From Acanthaster planci (taxonomy: Eukaryota), in contig NW_019091356.1 in assembly GCF_001949145.1 (NCBI RefSeq), positions 1,615,667 to 1,679,666 on the forward strand: 64,000 nt of DNA. Reading direction: 5' to 3'. The number at the start of each line of letters is the position of its first letter. The stretch's first letter is position 1. Below, piece after piece: positions 1-13,200 of this stretch. Position numbers and translations under genes: made by a program. The notes beneath the pieces were generated by a model. The model saw nothing but the letters and a program-made list of their open reading frames with translations, was not told the DNA's origin and made no database searches.

Positions 1-467
1 TCTTTTCATTTCTGGGCTACACACAAAGGCCAATTACCATATATACAAGAGCCAGGGTCTGCCTTCTTTTACCGTGTTCGCTGAAGCGGGCTGAGGATCT
101 CAATTTTTACGGCGTGTCTAGCATGTAGGGGTTAAGGAGTCCCACAGTGAAAGGATTTAAGTAGAAAATAGTCGGTGCGTACAAGTCCAGCCCTGTGCTT
201 GGATGTGATCTTCTGTTATTGTCTTCATGGGTCGCTGACCCCAATGTACATGTAGGCACGTATCTTAACATGGCAATAAAGTATCTTGTTTGCCTGAGAT
301 GTGGAGGACTAACCCACGCGCAGAGCTGACAGCAGAACGCGACTGCCTGCCTGTTGATTGATGCACAAACACAGCACAGCAGGGCAGGATTCTGAACAAT
401 GCTACATTTAAAGCAATGGGTGTAATATGTGTTACATGTGAATACCTGTCCATCTTCGGCGAGTTCG

Positions 468-1235
468 TCATAAGATTTTATCCATGGCCTCTGTCAATCG
501 GAGGATGTCCACCAGGTGTTGGATGCACAGGTCGTGCCGCAGCGAGGAGTAGAAGAAATCAGGGGCTTCTTGTCGGACTGTTTGGAGCTGGGCAAGTAAC
601 GAACCGTCAAAGTCTTCGAAGGATTGTCTTAGGCTGTAAAGGAAAGAATCAAAAGAACAAACGCTGTCCATTTCAGTCTTGATATTTCCACTCACCTTAC
701 CCATGCTACCTCCCAGCCTTTATTTTCTTTTCAACAACAGCGTGTACATCATGCCTCCAGCAAACATTCAATCCTATTTGACAGCATCAAGCTATTAACG
801 AAAAAAGTTTGCAGTTTCTGTTCCCATGTACTTCCTAATCCATAGATAATTTACATGTCATACTTGGGATTGACCTTTAGAAGAATAAAACAGTGCCACT
901 GCTTCAAGAATACAATTTCAAGAACTGAAAGTCCATCAAGAAATGACAACGCAGGACTAAGTTTTTATAATCTGTCGGTTGAAAAGGGCTACACTTTTAC
1001 ACACACAGTGTACACAAGTTTAACCGCCAATTGCCTTTTCTGAGCTAAAATTGCAGCAAAAACTGTTATTGCTTGGCAGTGTTAGGACATTGTTCCCAGG
1101 TGGTGCACCGCCCTCAACTGTTCTTGCACTGGGCCATTAAAAAAAGAAGAGGAAAAAAATATGGGACTTACTGGGACAAGTTAGAATGCTCCAGCCACTG
1201 CTGTACATTGTCCCTGCTCCACTCCCGGACGTGAG
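468..1235 (-). other. C-terminal SAM-like domain (end of exon 1430-1172 plus exon 633-468)
   Basis: V-x-x-W-S-x-x-x-V-x-x-W-L start (VREWSRDNVQQWL) followed by F...DG..L..L (FEDFDGSLLAQL), the usual SAM pattern; the C-terminal part is divergent. Confidence 0.7.
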
Positions 1236-4200
1236 CCGGCTGGGTAGGGCTGGGAGGTGACTCCAGCAGGGGGCTCGGCATCTGATGCACTGGTGCCGAG
1301 ACGTGACGGCGACGGAAGGGACTGGTCGTTTGCTGGCGGGGACTTGGCTGGGTCTGAGGCCTTGGGCTGACCATGTGATTGCGGGGGTTCTCCAGGATGG
1401 TTGCCGAGGCGTCGCACTCAAAGACAGGCTCTGCAGGTACAACCAGAGAAGGGAAACAGTCAATCCTTGTTATAACAAAGTTGCAGGGACCAGATAAATT
1501 ACTTTGTTACAATCACGACTTTGTTATAGATATCGAGTGGGAAAAACTAAAGAAAAACACAAGAATTCAAGAAATTAGGATTCACAGAGTTTGCTGAGTA
1601 CTGCATTATAATAGTCTTCTTTACATCAAGCGTAGACTGTAGTAAGAAGCAGAAATTTGAAATCTGTCGTAGCTGTTTGCTGACTGAGTTGAAATAGCCC
1701 TGCCTTAGCTAAAGGTTGAAGTCACTGATCTCTGTGTAAACACTCTACAGGCACCAGCTTCAACTGCTCCCATGAGTCAAAAAGTCATTTAACCTTTACT
1801 GCTTGCAGAATGGTGATGTGGAGGACAGCGACCTTACTTCTAAAAAGCGACGGCCAGAGTTGTTAACTTTGTAAGCAGAGATCAGCAGTAAAGCGAGAGT
1901 GCTGTTGCAACAGTATGAACCCACATCCTGGAAGAATATCACCATCAGAACCACATCCACTGACCCATTACCATTATATCTAATTCATTCTGCTCCTTTC
2001 CTTTTCGGTGCCACGTTTTGTTTTCACAGTCAGACTCACCTTCGAGTAATGCCGCGCTGCCGATGTCACAGATCTCCCGCAACAGTTTCTGGGCTTGCTC
2101 GGAGAACGTGTGACGTCCAGAGAAATCAATGTAGTATTTGGTGCCCATGATCATGCCCAACCAACCGTTAGGTTGGTAGTACTTGTCCATCATTAAGGGA
2201 ATGATGGATTTACGACACTGGTAAGCATATTCTGCCTCTGAGGAAATTAAACGATATAAACGATACACCGCATTATGACAAAATGAGCCAAAATATAACC
2301 AGGAAGATCATTTACTTTTATAACTAGGGAGGCACTAAAGAAGAACCTAACTGCCAAACTGTCACGACTAGAAATGTTTTTATAGAGGTACGGATGGAAT
2401 TTTAAACATGAGAAGTTGAAAACAATCCATGATCAAAAGCAACTATTTCTTTCTTAAAACAAAGCAGGAAGAGTAACATTTTTGCAGGAAAAAAATGTTT
2501 GATGCTTAAAAGTTTGAGGCCAAATACTGCAAAACAAGAAATCCTGATTCTGAGAGCTGCAACAAACATTGAAACACTTCACTGGGCTACACAGGTTGTG
2601 CGTGGCAGCCATCTTTAAGGTAAGAACTCTTGTTCCACAGAAGACACATATGAGTACACCTTTTACATGCTATCCCTCTGTAACAGAAGCACTCGCCTGA
2701 AAAATGGCTGCAATGCACCATCCTATTAAAAATGTGACCGGTATGAGATAAGACGGAACTTGGTACCTGTGCGGCAATTGGGACTTTCCTTATACCGTTC
2801 CGATATACACAGAAGAAACACTTCGGCATTCTCCACTGCTTCTGCCATGGCTTGGAGCGTGGATCCATACATGCAGTCTACGTCTACCCAGACACGGTAA
2901 CCTGAATTCTGCAATGGCACGATCCAGAAAAATGACCTGACATTAGGCAAAGATTGAGTTTCGGAAATGGCATCCCTCTGGAGACAGAGTAGCTCTGACA
3001 TGACACTTGGGTGTAACCAGAACTCAAATTAAAGTTGCAGTTCTTCGCTGGAATTCCTGGTTCTCTTCAAAGATTATTACAACTGTAAACCAAAAGCCAA
3101 ACATGAGTAGACTTGAGGGGAAATGCTCAACACTGCAAGACAATAAAGCAAAGCCAAGTGGAATAACACAACTGAGCTTAGATTGGAGCTCTTTTTAATA
3201 ATAACCAGTGATTTAGTATTTCAATTTCAGGAAAGAGCAGATGCTGCTTTTCTGTTCTCTGTTGGCGTACCGCGGGTACCAGTTACTGTAGAAATGTTGG
3301 TGGGAGTTTAGAATGAAGGAAACAGAGACTTTGTGAGTTTTAAGTAACAGTATATGACTGGGTTTGTGTTCTATTTAGATCTATGTGATTTCTTTAAACA
3401 CAACTCTTGAGATGGATGAAAAATTGTATCAAATATCAGGAAACAACCCAGGGTTAATGTATCACACTGTCAAAAGTTAAATCTGTAAAGTTACTAAAAA
3501 TTCCAATCATTAAATAGGTCCAACTCATGAATCTATGGTAACACAGTGTCAGCACTTACCACAAGTAAGTCACGAACTTTGAGGACAATTTTCTGGGCTG
3601 CCCACTGATAGCTGATCATGATGTGAGGTAAGTTTCCGCTGCCTGTGCTGCTCCCTCGAGACCAACTCCTGCCCGGTGCTCCTAGGTGAAAAATCCAATT
3701 AGTTTGAAATATCGGCAATACAAATTTCAGAACCAGTGGCATATTGAATGGGGAAGGGGGTCATTACACATGACAAAATTATGCAAATCCACAGAATCTT
3801 GGTGTGGGTACCAGGTGTATAGTGCCTAATTTGTCACTGTGGCTAAACCTTCTCTCTACTGGTCACCAGTGAAGTGGTACTCAGACATCCCAACATTGGC
3901 TATGAAGAATTCGGAATCCTCCCCAAAATTCAGAATTTTTCATGAAAAATCGGGAATATTCTCCATATTACCATGAAGAAGAAAAATCAGTGCTGCATTG
4001 AACAAGAATCAAGTCCATGTCCAAAAAGTCAGTGCTGCATTGAACAAGAGTCGAGTCCATGTCCAAAAAATCAGTGCTGCATTGAATAAGAGTTGAGTCC
4101 ATGTCCGAAAAATCAGCGCTGCATTGAACAAGAGTCGAGTCCATGTCCGAAAAATCAGCGCTGCATTGAACAAGAGTCGAGTCCATGTCCGAAAAATCAG

Positions 4201-7200
4201 TGCTGCATTGAACGAGAGTTGAGTCCATGTCCGAAAAATCAGTGCTGCACTGAACAAGAGTCGAGTCCATGTCCAAAAAATCAGTGCTGCATTGAACAAG
4301 AGTCGAGTCCATGTCCCAAAAATCAGTGCTGCATTGAACAAGAGTCGAGTCCATGTCCAAAAAGTCAGTGCTGCATTGAACAAGAGTCGGGTCCATGTCC
4401 AAAAAATCAGTGCTGCATTGANCAAGAGTCGAGTCCATGTCCAAAAAATCAGTGCTGCATTGAACAAGAGTCGAGTCCATGTCAAAAAAAAACAGTGCTG
4501 CATTGAACAGGAGTCGAGTCCATGGCCAAAAATCAGTGGTGCACTGAACAAGAGTCGAGTCCATGTCCCAAAAATCAGTGCTGCATTGAACAAGAGTGGA
4601 GTCCATGTCCAAAAAATCAGTGCTGCATTGAACAAGAGTGGAGTCCATGTCCAAAAAATTAGTGCTGCATTGAACAAGAAACGAGTCCATGTCCAAAAAA
4701 TCAGTGCTGCATTGAACAAGAGTCAAGTCCATGTCCAAAAATCAGTGCTGCACTGAACAAGAGTCAAGTCCATGTCCATGATGATGCACAGTTGCGCACG
4801 TATATGTAAAATGTTGATTTCTAAAAGAGTACATCATCTGAAATGGTCCGCAATAATTTTTCATCTGCTGAATGTGTTGATTCACCGCAAAATTCAGCAA
4901 AAACTTCACCATGTGGTGCTTGCACACTTGACACGATCATGGTCAATTTCACAGCAGTGCTTAGTCTTGGATCCAAATGTTCTTGGCTGTGGTTATAAGC
5001 GAAACCGGGCACTGCACGATACATACAGTGTTAGTTTCAATGTAGCTTGTCAATTGAGGGCGTTTTCGTCTATGAACAATTTCAGTATCACGTCCATCAT
5101 CTGGCTGGTACGAATCAAAAGAGGGCGCTGCCACAAATGTGGTGTGCGTAGTGTGCACCACACTGACTGTTTGGATAAGTCAGATAAGCTGTATTATGAA
5201 CCATGCACAAGATTACATGGTCAGTTTCTGGTAACACATGGTCAAAATTGAGATTTGGCGGAAATTTTAGGGGCAAAATCGGAATGGTGAAAAAAGTGGA
5301 AATTTTCCACCCAAATCGGGAGGGTTGGGAGGTCTGGGTTCTCATTTAGAATCACAAATACTACAATACTACAAACGTGAGTTCTGTATTCAGATGGAGC
5401 ACGCTCAAAATAAAACTTGTAGGAGGTCATTCAAGAACATCAATACCCTTGAGCAAGGTCATATCATTGCGACAGCTGTACATGACATCAATACCCTTGA
5501 GCAAGGTCATNATCACTGGGACATCTTAGTTCAAATCTCCCTGGTTATGGCCAGCTGCAGCACTCACTGCTTGATGCTGAAACTGTAGATGTCGTGGAGC
5601 TGGTCACTGATGGCTTTGCGGTACGTTCCTGCTTCCGTCCGACCCACAGTGCTCCCTTGGCGGCCGTGCGTATGGACTGCTCCTCGCTGTGCGTCAGCCT
5701 CTCCAAGGCATCCACGCAGGTCTTGTCCGCCGCAAGGTGCTGGCGGACCGTGCTGTCAAAGGCCAGGTTCCAGATGGCTTGGGTGGCCGCCTCCTGCTCC
5801 TGGACCAGACTGTCCTGTTGCAGCATGGCCGTCAGGAGAGGCAGGGCACCAACTTGCAGAATCTGCAGTGGAATAGTCATGTTGCAATCAAGAAACTTCA
5901 CTTCATAGCCCTAGACGCCTGTGTGGATATGGACTGACGTCCTAACTCTCAGAAAACATATGACATCACTGCCACGGTGAAGAAAAGCCGTCGAAATCAT
6001 TTCTTACCATAAACAAGCTTACAGGACCCTTAGAAGGAGAGAAAATAAATTGATTGGTATCACTGTTTCAAGCACTATTTTAGTCATTATTTAATTCATT
6101 GTTTTGGATGAGATATCCCATTTTGGCATGAGAATAACCTGGAGGGCTTGAGTCTCACGCTTAATACGTGGTTGTTGGCAGCCAGTTCTCACTGATTTGA
6201 TGAACAAATGGGCAAACACTCAACATTTCGATCCATTTGCTCCTGCTTTTTTTTTAAGACTTGTACTACATATGTTCTGCTGATGTGCCAATCCTGGCGT
6301 GTGTCACAGATCGTACTTTCAAAAGGCATCCAGACTGTGCACCGCGGTGTGGTTAGCAAATGAACGTGTTCCATCCCGTCACACTGGCATGACAACGTGC
6401 CACGGCTGCCATAAACTGTGGTGTTGTAACTGCCTTGTCAACATCGCTGTAATGACACACACACCACACCACATTGCAGCTAACACCACAGTACCCTTTG
6501 ACCTTGTAACAGATCATGAATACTGATTCTAAAACCTTCGCCAACAAGGACGAAGGCTCCTGGAAAATGACGTCAGTGTACCCATGAACAATGCAAAGCC
6601 CATAACTTCACTGCCTGTAGTTACAAAAGCTTTTTGCTATTAGCATTTTGCCTCCAGGTCACCCTGACAATTATCAGTGAGGAAAGACAAATTTTTAGAC
6701 ATACAGGTTACCCACTTCTGACAAGGTTTGTGGTATCTCATCACAATTGCATTTTTATTGGTCTACGTAACTGTGAAACCATGAACAGACTTTCGATTGT
6801 AGCCTTTGCAGTCATCAAACCAACCAACCGACAGTCTTTGTGGAAAGGACAACAAACAAGGACCTACCCTGCTCTTGTTGTGATCATTGACAGCAAGTCG
6901 TCCCAGTCCCTGAGCCAGCTCAGCACACGACAAACCCTGACTCCGTCTGTCTTTACTCTGTTGGGCATCCTTGAGTAGACCTACAATGTACTCGATGGTA
7001 GCTGAAGAAAACATGAAAACATATAAAATATTGTCAAATTGCTAGCTTTTCACTTGACCTTTGTCTCTTTGGGTGGGGGAGGGGGAACCAACTTCAACTT
7101 GTAGCTATTGCTAACCCTCAAGGTTTAGTGTCAATCACATAGAATCTTGTTGGATTTCCTGTGGTTAGTGTTACTGACTATATGACACGACGTCTTTCAA

Positions 7201-10200
7201 AACATCATCCCTGCAAATTTGAACTGTTTTAGTGACTCTCCACCGTAGAAGGCACCAGTATAGAGATTTTTCAGTCACATGATTTTTTGACGGTCAGTGT
7301 TCAGTATACACATATGTGCATGGCAGTGGGTGCACCTTTTAAGTCTCTCAGCCTTCTGGCATACATGAAATTGCCAACGATGAGAGATGCAGATTTAAAA
7401 ATGCACACGCCGCTGTCAACGTGGAATGCTTCCAGTACTGCCTTTGCCTGTCAAGTGACGTCACGTGAAAAACCTCTATTGGCAGAGTTTAGGAATGAGA
7501 CACAGGTGAAATTTGGCCACTTTTTGGCAGTTAGGGTGGCTTCCTAAACTGAACTCACTACCTCAAAGAAATTCCAAAGGACCTTCATTCCACAAGTGCT
7601 TTCGTAGACACATGGTATCCACAACTTAAGGGCCTTCATTCCACAAGTGCTTTCATAGACACATGGTATCCACAACTTAAGGGCCTTCATTCCACAAGTG
7701 CTTTCATAGACACATGGTATCCACAATGTAAGGACCTTCATTCCACAAGTGCTTTCGTAGATACATGGTATCCACAACTTTGATGAAATCATTTTTCATA
7801 AGAGCATGATTTGTTCAAGCCACTTACATTTCTCAGTGGTCATATTTATGGTATCGCTGTTTTCTTTGATGCCTGTTTAAAAAAAAAACACAGAAAGAGA
7901 AGTGCTTAGAGATACACGTAACAAAAAGGGAGATCTTCTCAATCAGGGCAGTGGTTATTCAATGATGGATTCTGCTTTTCGTGAGGTAATTAGGGAAGGC
8001 CTTTACACTAAGTGCTGACCAAGAACTTGTAAAGTTAACAGCGTGATGCATTTCTCCAGCGACTGACAACAAAAAAACTAAAGAATTGGCTCGTGACATC
8101 AAATATTGTGTAAGAAATACAAGTGGTTAAGAAACAGGGTTTGGTCATCTTCTGCAAATTGGTTTTCACAAAAAACTAAGACCAAATTCCCCTGGGAGGG
8201 GAACTTATCCATAGAAGGAACTGCTTCCCCTAGATGTCTCTAAACCCAGCCAAGGAGCAAGGTTGAGACAGCTTACACCGATTAGAGATCCTCTTGACTG
8301 TCACCCACAGGTCCACAGGGAATGGGGGGGGGTTGGGAATACTAAGCCTTAGAGCCCTAGAAGGGTAGCTGCTGGTCCATGGGGTAATTGCCCCAATTCA
8401 GAAGGGTAAGTTTAAATGGGGCCAGTCCTGTGGGTTTTGATGCAAATTGGGAAAGGCACTTTTTCAGCTGAGGATATCAACACTTAAATCCCATGAACTA
8501 TCAGGAGGTCAGACTGGAACTTCATATTCTGATTAATCCAAACCGTCTCTGAAAGTACACCCTGTGCTAAGAGACCGAGCAAGTAGAAAAGCTTGAGCAA
8601 AAACCCAGAAAACCACACTAACTCTGAAGACTCTAAAAACTGACATAAAGTACAAGTCAAAAAACCCAATATGACATTACTTTTAGCAGTGACAAACAAC
8701 TTCATCCACTTGTTGCTATCTTGGCTGGAATCAAACTTTGGCTGCTAGAGTCAAAAAGTCAAAGAGAGAAACACGACTCCAATCTCGAAGGTCACCAACT
8801 GCCAGATTTCTAGATTTTATTTTGAATTTTGAACAATACACAATGAGTGGAACTGACCGGTGTCACCAGACTGAGATCTATCCCCGTCCTCCTCCAAGAT
8901 GTAAGCTAGTGTCATCATGGTGATGGCCTTGAGGTAGGCATCGTTGGTGTTGTCGTCACAGCCCTGGGTGTAGGGCTGAATCTTGGCTTCAACCCTCTCC
9001 TGTCGATAGAAGTGACGGTTGCTGGGGGCCTTGGACAGGTTGTGCAGGATGCTGAGGGAGGCCTTGATGAGGAAGGCAACATTCTGTAAACAGTAGGGGA
9101 ACACAAATGGAACTTGTACACATGGCTGACATCTTGGTCTGGTTCCCTGAAGTATAGCATGCACCCTGCATAATGTGAGATTTAAAATCATGGCACCAGT
9201 TTACTGGCTGTAGTTCAGTTTGGTTTGGCTTCCTCTGTGAAGTTGAGCCAAACATTATTTTTATTGGTTACATAAATGTTTGTGCATGGGTTTTCAATCT
9301 ATACATTGATTTCCCATAAAAATAACATCCATTATTGTAGGGAAGAACTCCAAAAATGGTTAGGCTAAATGTTGGTGCTCAGCTGGCTGGAAATGTCCAT
9401 TAGACAGTAAAACATGCCACAAATCCTATCTTCAGTTGTTATACATGTACCCTGTAGTTTGTTTCAATTCCAATATCCTCTTGACTTCTAAGAATCTGGA
9501 AAAACAATCACTTGGGTTCAATTCTTGGCAGGACATTTTGCTTTGCGACAAATTACGTCCCAACATCAGAGTGGAAGTGTCAAATGTCCAGCTAATCTCT
9601 CTTGGGGGACAAGAAATGATAACAGGATGGTTAACTGATACCTCAATAAGGAAACGCATTCCCATTGGGAACAGTGAATGAACACCATCCTCTCACAACC
9701 TCCTTGCTTGCGTAATGTCAAGAACGAGACAGGAGACGGGCTGGGGAGAGGATTTGCCAAGTCGGCATGCTACTGACTTCTGATTTTTGTCTGTCTGTCT
9801 GTCTTCCCACTGGAACATCCAGTTTACAAGCCATTGTGTAATGACATTGGGGCTTGGGTGAGCTCCAACTTGCAGTAGGCGCGTTGAAAAAAATGATGCC
9901 CAAAAACGAGTTCTGGGTGCGGTGTGAAAAGTACGGGAAATACAAATTAGCTAAAGGAAGTCCAACGGCGTAGGTAAATAACTTAAATTCACAAATTAAA
10001 CCTTGCACAGAGGAGCCCGGTGCAGTTTGGAAAGTATGGGAAATACAAATTAGCTAAAGGAAGTCCAATGGCATTGGTTAATTGACTTTTGCAAATTAAA
10101 ACTTGCACAGAGGAGGGAAACTGCGATTATTGGACAACCTGAGCGCTAAGTTCACCAAAGTACAGTTTAAACCAGGTGACTGGATTTGGATAAAATTGTA

Positions 10201-13200
10201 AAGGCACAGGTGCATTTCAATGCATATCTGTAGTTATGGTTGGTTAAGTACAAAAACAGAAAACATGAATAACATGTACATTTCACATTCTTGTGTGCTT
10301 GTGGTGTGTTCAGTTTACTGCCTGCTTGGCGACAGTATCGCTAAGTGTGCATGTAGCTGAGAAGTACAGGGACATCGGAATCCAGCTATTAAATAGCAAG
10401 AGCGTATCGGTATGCAGATTGCAGGAAAGATTAAGGGGCACCAAGGATTTCACCATGCTCTGACAGGCTGGGGAGCTCAGGCTAAGGGAAATCAACTCAG
10501 CCTTGGAACAATAATAATATGCATCATCAAGCTCATCGGATGCGATTACCGACTCATCAATCTTGGCGAGATGTCTTTCATAGTCGGAGGGTTGCAACAA
10601 AGGGCCGTTGAGAGTAATTGATAGTGATGGTGATGGGGCATTTAGGGGAAAAATGCATGTACCTTTCACAATGACAATTTTCGCGTGTGGAGATACTGAG
10701 TAGGCAAAACAGGTAGTATGGATATGTACACGTCTACATGTAGAGACAAGTCCTTGACAGGTGCGTATAATTGCTGGCAGAAAACACTGGCAGCGCGCGG
10801 GAATTCTTTGAAACCATTGGCTCAGCAGGGGTCTGCTTAGAATCAAAACCCAAAAGTGGCTGCACAAACAGGACCAAATCCGGCACAGAGTCTCAAGCAT
10901 AATTTATGTCATTGTCATTAATTACAATCCATCAGAAAGACCCTAAACCTATTTGGAAAGTTGTTGATTTCCACTGCGTAAGATTTACATAATGATCCAT
11001 AACTGAATAATTACTTTCGTGCTGAATTACATATACATCTGTATTTCCATATATTCAACTCTCGTCAACAAGGTTGCAGGGACCAAATAAATGACTTTGT
11101 TATAACCAGGAATTTGTTATAAAAACAATGGACAAAGAAACAAAATAGGAATTTAAGAAATCGGGATTCACAAAATGTCTTCTTTATCTTCTGTTTAAAT
11201 AGTGTTCTTTATTTGTAGGGAGTATAATAAAGCGCCCATGACTGACTGGGAGCGTACCTTCTGTTTCATATTTTCTCTGTACGGTCCGTGTGCTATATTA
11301 GTGGCACACAACTTCACCATACCGGCTTCACCAAGGCACTGGGCGCACATTAGGCTGGCGTCGCTCAGGTTCCACACTGTGTTGTACACATAGTAGGCGG
11401 TGAACCAGACACTGTCATTCTTGAAGAGGCCCTCTTTAGACAAAGCTGTCAGCATGGTGACAACAAGCTCTAACACAAAATAATGTACATGTACATAGGA
11501 TAACTTTAAAAGCAGTATGTAATGGACTGGTTCCGTATTTCCAACATACAAAGTCAGTAGAGAAGAGAGTATGCGTGTGAGTTACCATGCAGCTGCCCTC
11601 ATGGGACAGACCTGTTTCTAACTAACCTCTGATGCCCTTCATTAAGGGTATGCACTGGTACAATACTCAATAGGCTTACTGCAAGGAACACATGTAAAAC
11701 TTTCAAGTCTTTAAAAGCCACACATTTAAGTATTAAGAACTTATTTTTCAATAAATAATAGTTTTTCTGACAATTCAGAAAGCTGGTTCTGTGCTTGGGT
11801 CCGGCAAAGTTTGAAGTTCAATTCTGCAGCGCATGGTTTCCAAGTACTTCAGAAACTAGATACTTGCATGCACATACAAGCAATCCACAATAATTGTGTC
11901 ATACACGCATTCATCTCAACTTTCTGCACATCGTCTTGACTATGCGGTATAATGCGGCAGCCTTCAAAATTAAATTTTGACTTTTTTCCCAAAAGCTTGC
12001 AAAAATGGACCTCTCCGTGGAAACTTTTTGAAGATGCATTTTGCAACAGATTGCTCAAAAAATAAGAAGGACTCTTGATAAAAACCAAAACAAACGAAAA
12101 GCAAATGGTACACTGTATTCTGAAGACTCAGATGACTCGACCAAGACTTACCAAACACGTAACTACAAGGAGAGCTTGCAACACACTCGGAAGAGGCAAC
12201 AAAAAAAGGGCAGAAACGGTACAGAGATCAGGCATTACATGCATCTATGTACATGCATGACAGGAGAAACAGGCCAAGAGGATGAACACAGCAGCTAAGG
12301 AGCATGACAAACTGAAATGGAACCAAAACAAACAAGACACTCATGCTGATTTATTGGAACCCTGTAATGATTCTTCCAAACTCTCTCTCAAAATAAGACC
12401 AAGAAATAGGGGGAAAAGATCAAGCTATCCAAAATCCCAAATTTGGATATCCAAATCATTCTAGGGCCCTTTAAAAGAAACTTGGGGGAAAGGAAAGGAA
12501 AAAGGGAAGGAAGACAAAAAGGAAGTTAACATGCTTAAAAAAGAACATGAATCACAAGTCATTCCAGGAACAACATCACACATTTACGTGCAGAAGAATT
12601 AAACTCCAGACAGAGAGTCAAACTGGCTCTCAGCAGACTTGAAAAAGGAATTCCTACAAGTTTTTGAAGCTTGACACTTTTTTTCTACAAATGCCAACTA
12701 CGCACTCATTATGAAAAGGGAAAACTTGTGGCATATTTCTGTTAAAAATCTGCAGAGACGAATCTTGAAAAATGTTAAAAAGAAATAATGTTCAACCGCA
12801 AGGAAATTAATTACAAGTTAAATGTTCCTAATACTGGATAGTGTGAGTAAGGGATTTAGACAGCATTTGAAAACTGGGCGTCTAAAAGCTGCTTTGAACA
12901 AAAAAATTACTTCTCCTATTTCCTGAAATGTAATGCTATTAGGCTATTCAAAATAGCCTCAAGTCACTCTTTGGGCTACAAACTGTAAACATGCAGTGCA
13001 AACACTTCCAATATTTGTGAACATACCGGCTCCTTTCTCCTTGGCAAAGACATTGGCAATCTCCTCCCTCTGGTCCTCCGCTTTCCAGAAGCAGTCAGCG
13101 ATGTGTTTGATCTTAGCCTTAGCCTCTAGGTTGGCATATTCCTTCATGACGCGCAGCTGAAGCAGGGCTTCCTTGACGGCCTCCAAGGGGGAGTGCCTCT

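Noticed and set aside
3982..4778. Possible CRISPR array or repeat-protein gene
   Set aside because: Units are contiguous with no unique spacers, there are no cas genes and the context is eukaryotic. The ORFs arise because the unit is a multiple of 3, some units carry frame-changing indels, and the flanking exons splice in phase without it.
5589..5937. Overlapping plus-strand ORFs opposite the ARM exon
   Set aside because: Antisense shadows of a GC-rich coding exon. The same applies to 61351..61806 (-) and the alternative frames at 61458 and 61619.
7544..7792. 82-aa repetitive ORF (LWIPCVYESTCGMK)
   Set aside because: Artefact of the 51-bp minisatellite.
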